64,000 nt of DNA from an uncultured Acidimicrobiia bacterium (GTDB lineage: Bacteria > Actinomycetota > Acidimicrobiia > Spongiisociales > ZC4RG35). Below the pieces are notes generated by a model, which ran no database searches, had not been told where the DNA came from, and saw only the letters and a program-made list of their open reading frames with translations. The stretch covers positions 318,626 to 382,625 of the forward strand of contig CAVYYV010000005.1 in assembly GCA_963772815.1 (NCBI GenBank), in the 5' to 3' direction. Of the stretch, positions 62,184 to 64,000 are shown piece by piece (the first letter of the stretch is position 1; each line of letters begins with the position of its first letter). The position numbers were made by a program, and so were the translations under genes.

Positions 62184-63329
62184 TTGGGGTCTGTGCACAT
62201 AGGGTCGAAGCTGAGAATGGCAGTCGTGACGGCCGGAGGCGTCCTCCTCGGGCTGTCCATCTTCGTTCTCACTGGCCCCGCCAGCGGGTCCTTGGCCGAT
62301 GCCACGGCCACGACCCTTGCCACCACCCCGACATCCCCCACCACCGCGACATCCCCCACCACCGCGACATCCCCCACCACCGCGACATCCCCCACCACCA
62401 CCGCGACATCACCCACCACCACCGCGACTTCCCCGACCGCCACGACTACAACCCGGCCCCCGCGGGGGACGCTTGTGATCGACGCCGTTGGCGACGTCAC
62501 CACCAGCACCAGCTACATCCCCGCTCTGACCGAGAAGGGCCTCGGCTACGCCTGGACCGGGGTCAAGGGCCTTTTCACACGCGACGACCTCACCCTGGTC
62601 AACCTGGAGTGCACTCCGTCCCGCCTGGGCGAGCCCCTGGACAAGGAATTCGTGTTCCGTTGTGACCTCGACTCGCTCCCGGTGATGAAGGCTGCCGGCG
62701 TCGACGTCGCCAACATGGCCAACAATCACAGCCAGGACTATGGCAAGAAGGCTCTCCGCGATGGTTGGAGCAACGTGGCCGAGGCCGGACTGTCTCCGGT
62801 TGGCGTGGGCGCCGACGCCGCCCAGGCTGCCACCCCGGCCCTGTTCGACATCGATGGATGGAGAGTGGCGGTATTGGGCTTCGGGGGGGTAGTTCCCAGC
62901 CCCAGCTGGATCGCCACCGCCGACCGGGCCGGTATGGCCGACGGTGACGACGGTGATTCCATGGCGGCGGCGGTCCGCGCCGCCGCCGACCAGGCGGATC
63001 TGGTCGTAGTGATGATCCACTGGGGAGTGGAGCTGCAGACCGAGCCCACCGAGGGTGACCGAATACTCGCTAAGAAGATGATCGACGCCGGCGCCGACAT
63101 GATCTTCGGTCATCACTCGCATCGGCTGCAGCCCCTCCAGGAAGTGGAAGGGGTCCCGGTGGCCTGGAGCCTCGGCAACTTCGTTTGGCCCAACTTCTCC
63201 GTGGCGGGGTCCACTACTGCCGTCGCCCGGGTCATCGTTTCCCCCGACGGGACCACTCAGTCCTGCCTCTTGCCGGTGTTCATCTCCGCCCCCGGCCACC
63301 CCGAACTGACAGGAGATGCCGACTGTTGA
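62184..63329 (+). CDS. CapA-family protein with signal anchor and (TSPTTA)n linker
   Basis: 381 aa. N-terminal TM (VVTAGGVLLGLSIFVLTG), Thr/Pro repeat linker, CapA-like core (LVIDAVGDVTTSTSY, LTLVNLECTPS, VVVMIHWGVELQTEPTEGDR, IFGHHSHRLQPLQE, WSLGNFVWP). Confidence 0.75.
   Translation: MGSVHIGSKLRMAVVTAGGVLLGLSIFVLTGPASGSLADATATTLATTPTSPTTATSPTTATSPTTATSPTTTATSPTTTATSPTATTTTRPPRGTLVIDAVGDVTTSTSYIPALTEKGLGYAWTGVKGLFTRDDLTLVNLECTPSRLGEPLDKEFVFRCDLDSLPVMKAAGVDVANMANNHSQDYGKKALRDGWSNVAEAGLSPVGVGADAAQAATPALFDIDGWRVAVLGFGGVVPSPSWIATADRAGMADGDDGDSMAAAVRAAADQADLVVVMIHWGVELQTEPTEGDRILAKKMIDAGADMIFGHHSHRLQPLQEVEGVPVAWSLGNFVWPNFSVAGSTTAVARVIVSPDGTTQSCLLPVFISAPGHPELTGDADC
62331..62444 (+). repeat. Tandem 18/21-bp coding repeat ACATCCCCCACCACCGCG x ~6 encoding (TSPTTA)n
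   Basis: Read directly: four near-identical 18-bp units followed by two 21-bp and one degenerate unit, inside the CapA paralog. Confidence 0.8.
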
Positions 63330-63357
63330 GGCCGGTGGACGCCATCATTGGTTCGCC

Positions 63358-64000
63358 ATGACCCATCGCGCCCCCAATCCCCGAGCACCGAACCGGACCT
63401 CCCGGTTCCGGGTCGTGGTGCTGGTTCTGGGGCTGGGTGTGGTGCTTGTGGGCGCCGCCCGCCTGCTCTCGCCCCCACCCGATGGCAACGGCCCATCAGG
63501 AGTCCAGGCTGCCGCGGCGGATACCACCCGGCCTGCGGGGACATCGCTCACCACCACGCCATCGTCGACCCTGGCCGCACCCGTCACCACAACGACCATC
63601 GCCGCCACCACCACGACCACCCTCCCGTCACGACCCGCCAATGTGGTGCCGGCCTGGACGGTGGGCCGACCCTGGGGACAGGTGATCGGGTTGACCATGT
63701 TCAGGGGCAACCCGACCCGGACCTGGTACGGGGAAGGACCGGTTCCCTCGGATCCCACCAACCTGTGGCACTTCCCCGACTCCGGAGGCATGTGCGGCGA
63801 CTCGAGCGTGGGCGGCGTGTCCAAGCTGTGGTGCGGCTCGGGATGGACCGGACAGCCCGTGGTTTGGGAGAGGCCGGACGGGACGACCGAGGTCATCTTC
63901 GGCGCCTACGACAAGGCGGTTCACTTCCTCAACGCGGCCACGGGCCTCCCCACCCGCCCCTCGTTTCCCACCGGCGACATCATCAAGGGCTCGGTGACGC
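63358..64000 (+). CDS. hypothetical membrane-anchored protein, possibly beta-propeller (PQQ-like repeat), partial (continues beyond window end)
   Basis: Not in ORF track (no stop before the window end). My translation from ATG ~63358 reads MTHRAPNPRAPNRTSRFRVVVLVLGLGVVLVGAARLL...Thr-rich linker...TWYGEGPVPSDPTNLWHFPDSGG...GSGWTGQPVVWERPDGTTEVIFGAYDKAVHFLNAATG. The last segment resembles PQQ/WD-like beta-propeller repeats. Confidence 0.4.
   Translation, partial: MTHRAPNPRAPNRTSRFRVVVLVLGLGVVLVGAARLLSPPPDGNGPSGVQAAAADTTRPAGTSLTTTPSSTLAAPVTTTTIAATTTTTLPSRPANVVPAWTVGRPWGQVIGLTMFRGNPTRTWYGEGPVPSDPTNLWHFPDSGGMCGDSSVGGVSKLWCGSGWTGQPVVWERPDGTTEVIFGAYDKAVHFLNAATGLPTRPSFPTGDIIKGSVT

Overview
High-GC (roughly two-thirds G+C by eye) actinobacterial-type chromosomal segment, densely coded on both strands. 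No rRNA, tRNA, CRISPR-cas, integrase, transposase or prophage signatures recognised.

Gene content, 5' to 3':
- A partial DUF2236/MpaB-like gene running off the left edge.
- A fadA-fadB beta-oxidation pair.
- A TetR regulator followed by four ABC exporter half-transporter genes in two ATGA-coupled pairs.
- CHAD, NUDIX and MsrB genes.
- An orphan SPPY DNA methyltransferase translationally coupled to a low-molecular-weight tyrosine phosphatase and a fructosamine kinase.
- An alpha-glucoside utilisation locus: sugar ABC importer, LacI regulator, divergent GH13 glucosidase.
- Lon protease divergent from a dnaK-grpE-dnaJ-hspR operon.
- An MBL-fold hydrolase followed by a 1264-aa tandem-cyclase / STAND ATPase / TPR signalling protein.
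- An SLH-anchored CapA protein and a second CapA paralog.
- Kynureninase with a TRAP transporter.
- A two-component system.
- An ApbE plus ferric-reductase-like pair.
- ClpB.
- PadR-NfeD-SPFH.
- An M20 amidohydrolase.

Features that stand out:
- Three families of intergenic repeat elements. One is a ~55-bp palindromic terminator-like MITE/REP-type element present four times.
- At least five conserved genes are split by single-base frameshifts, mostly in short G/C homopolymers: an ABC exporter, an MFS transporter, the GH13 glucosidase, dctQ and an OmpR-type response regulator.
- An mscL remnant with an internal deletion.

The ORF track reports TTG/GTG starts as M and omits edge-truncated ORFs, so several starts are re-assigned below. 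My hand-counted coordinates for non-ORF features may be off by 1-2 bp.
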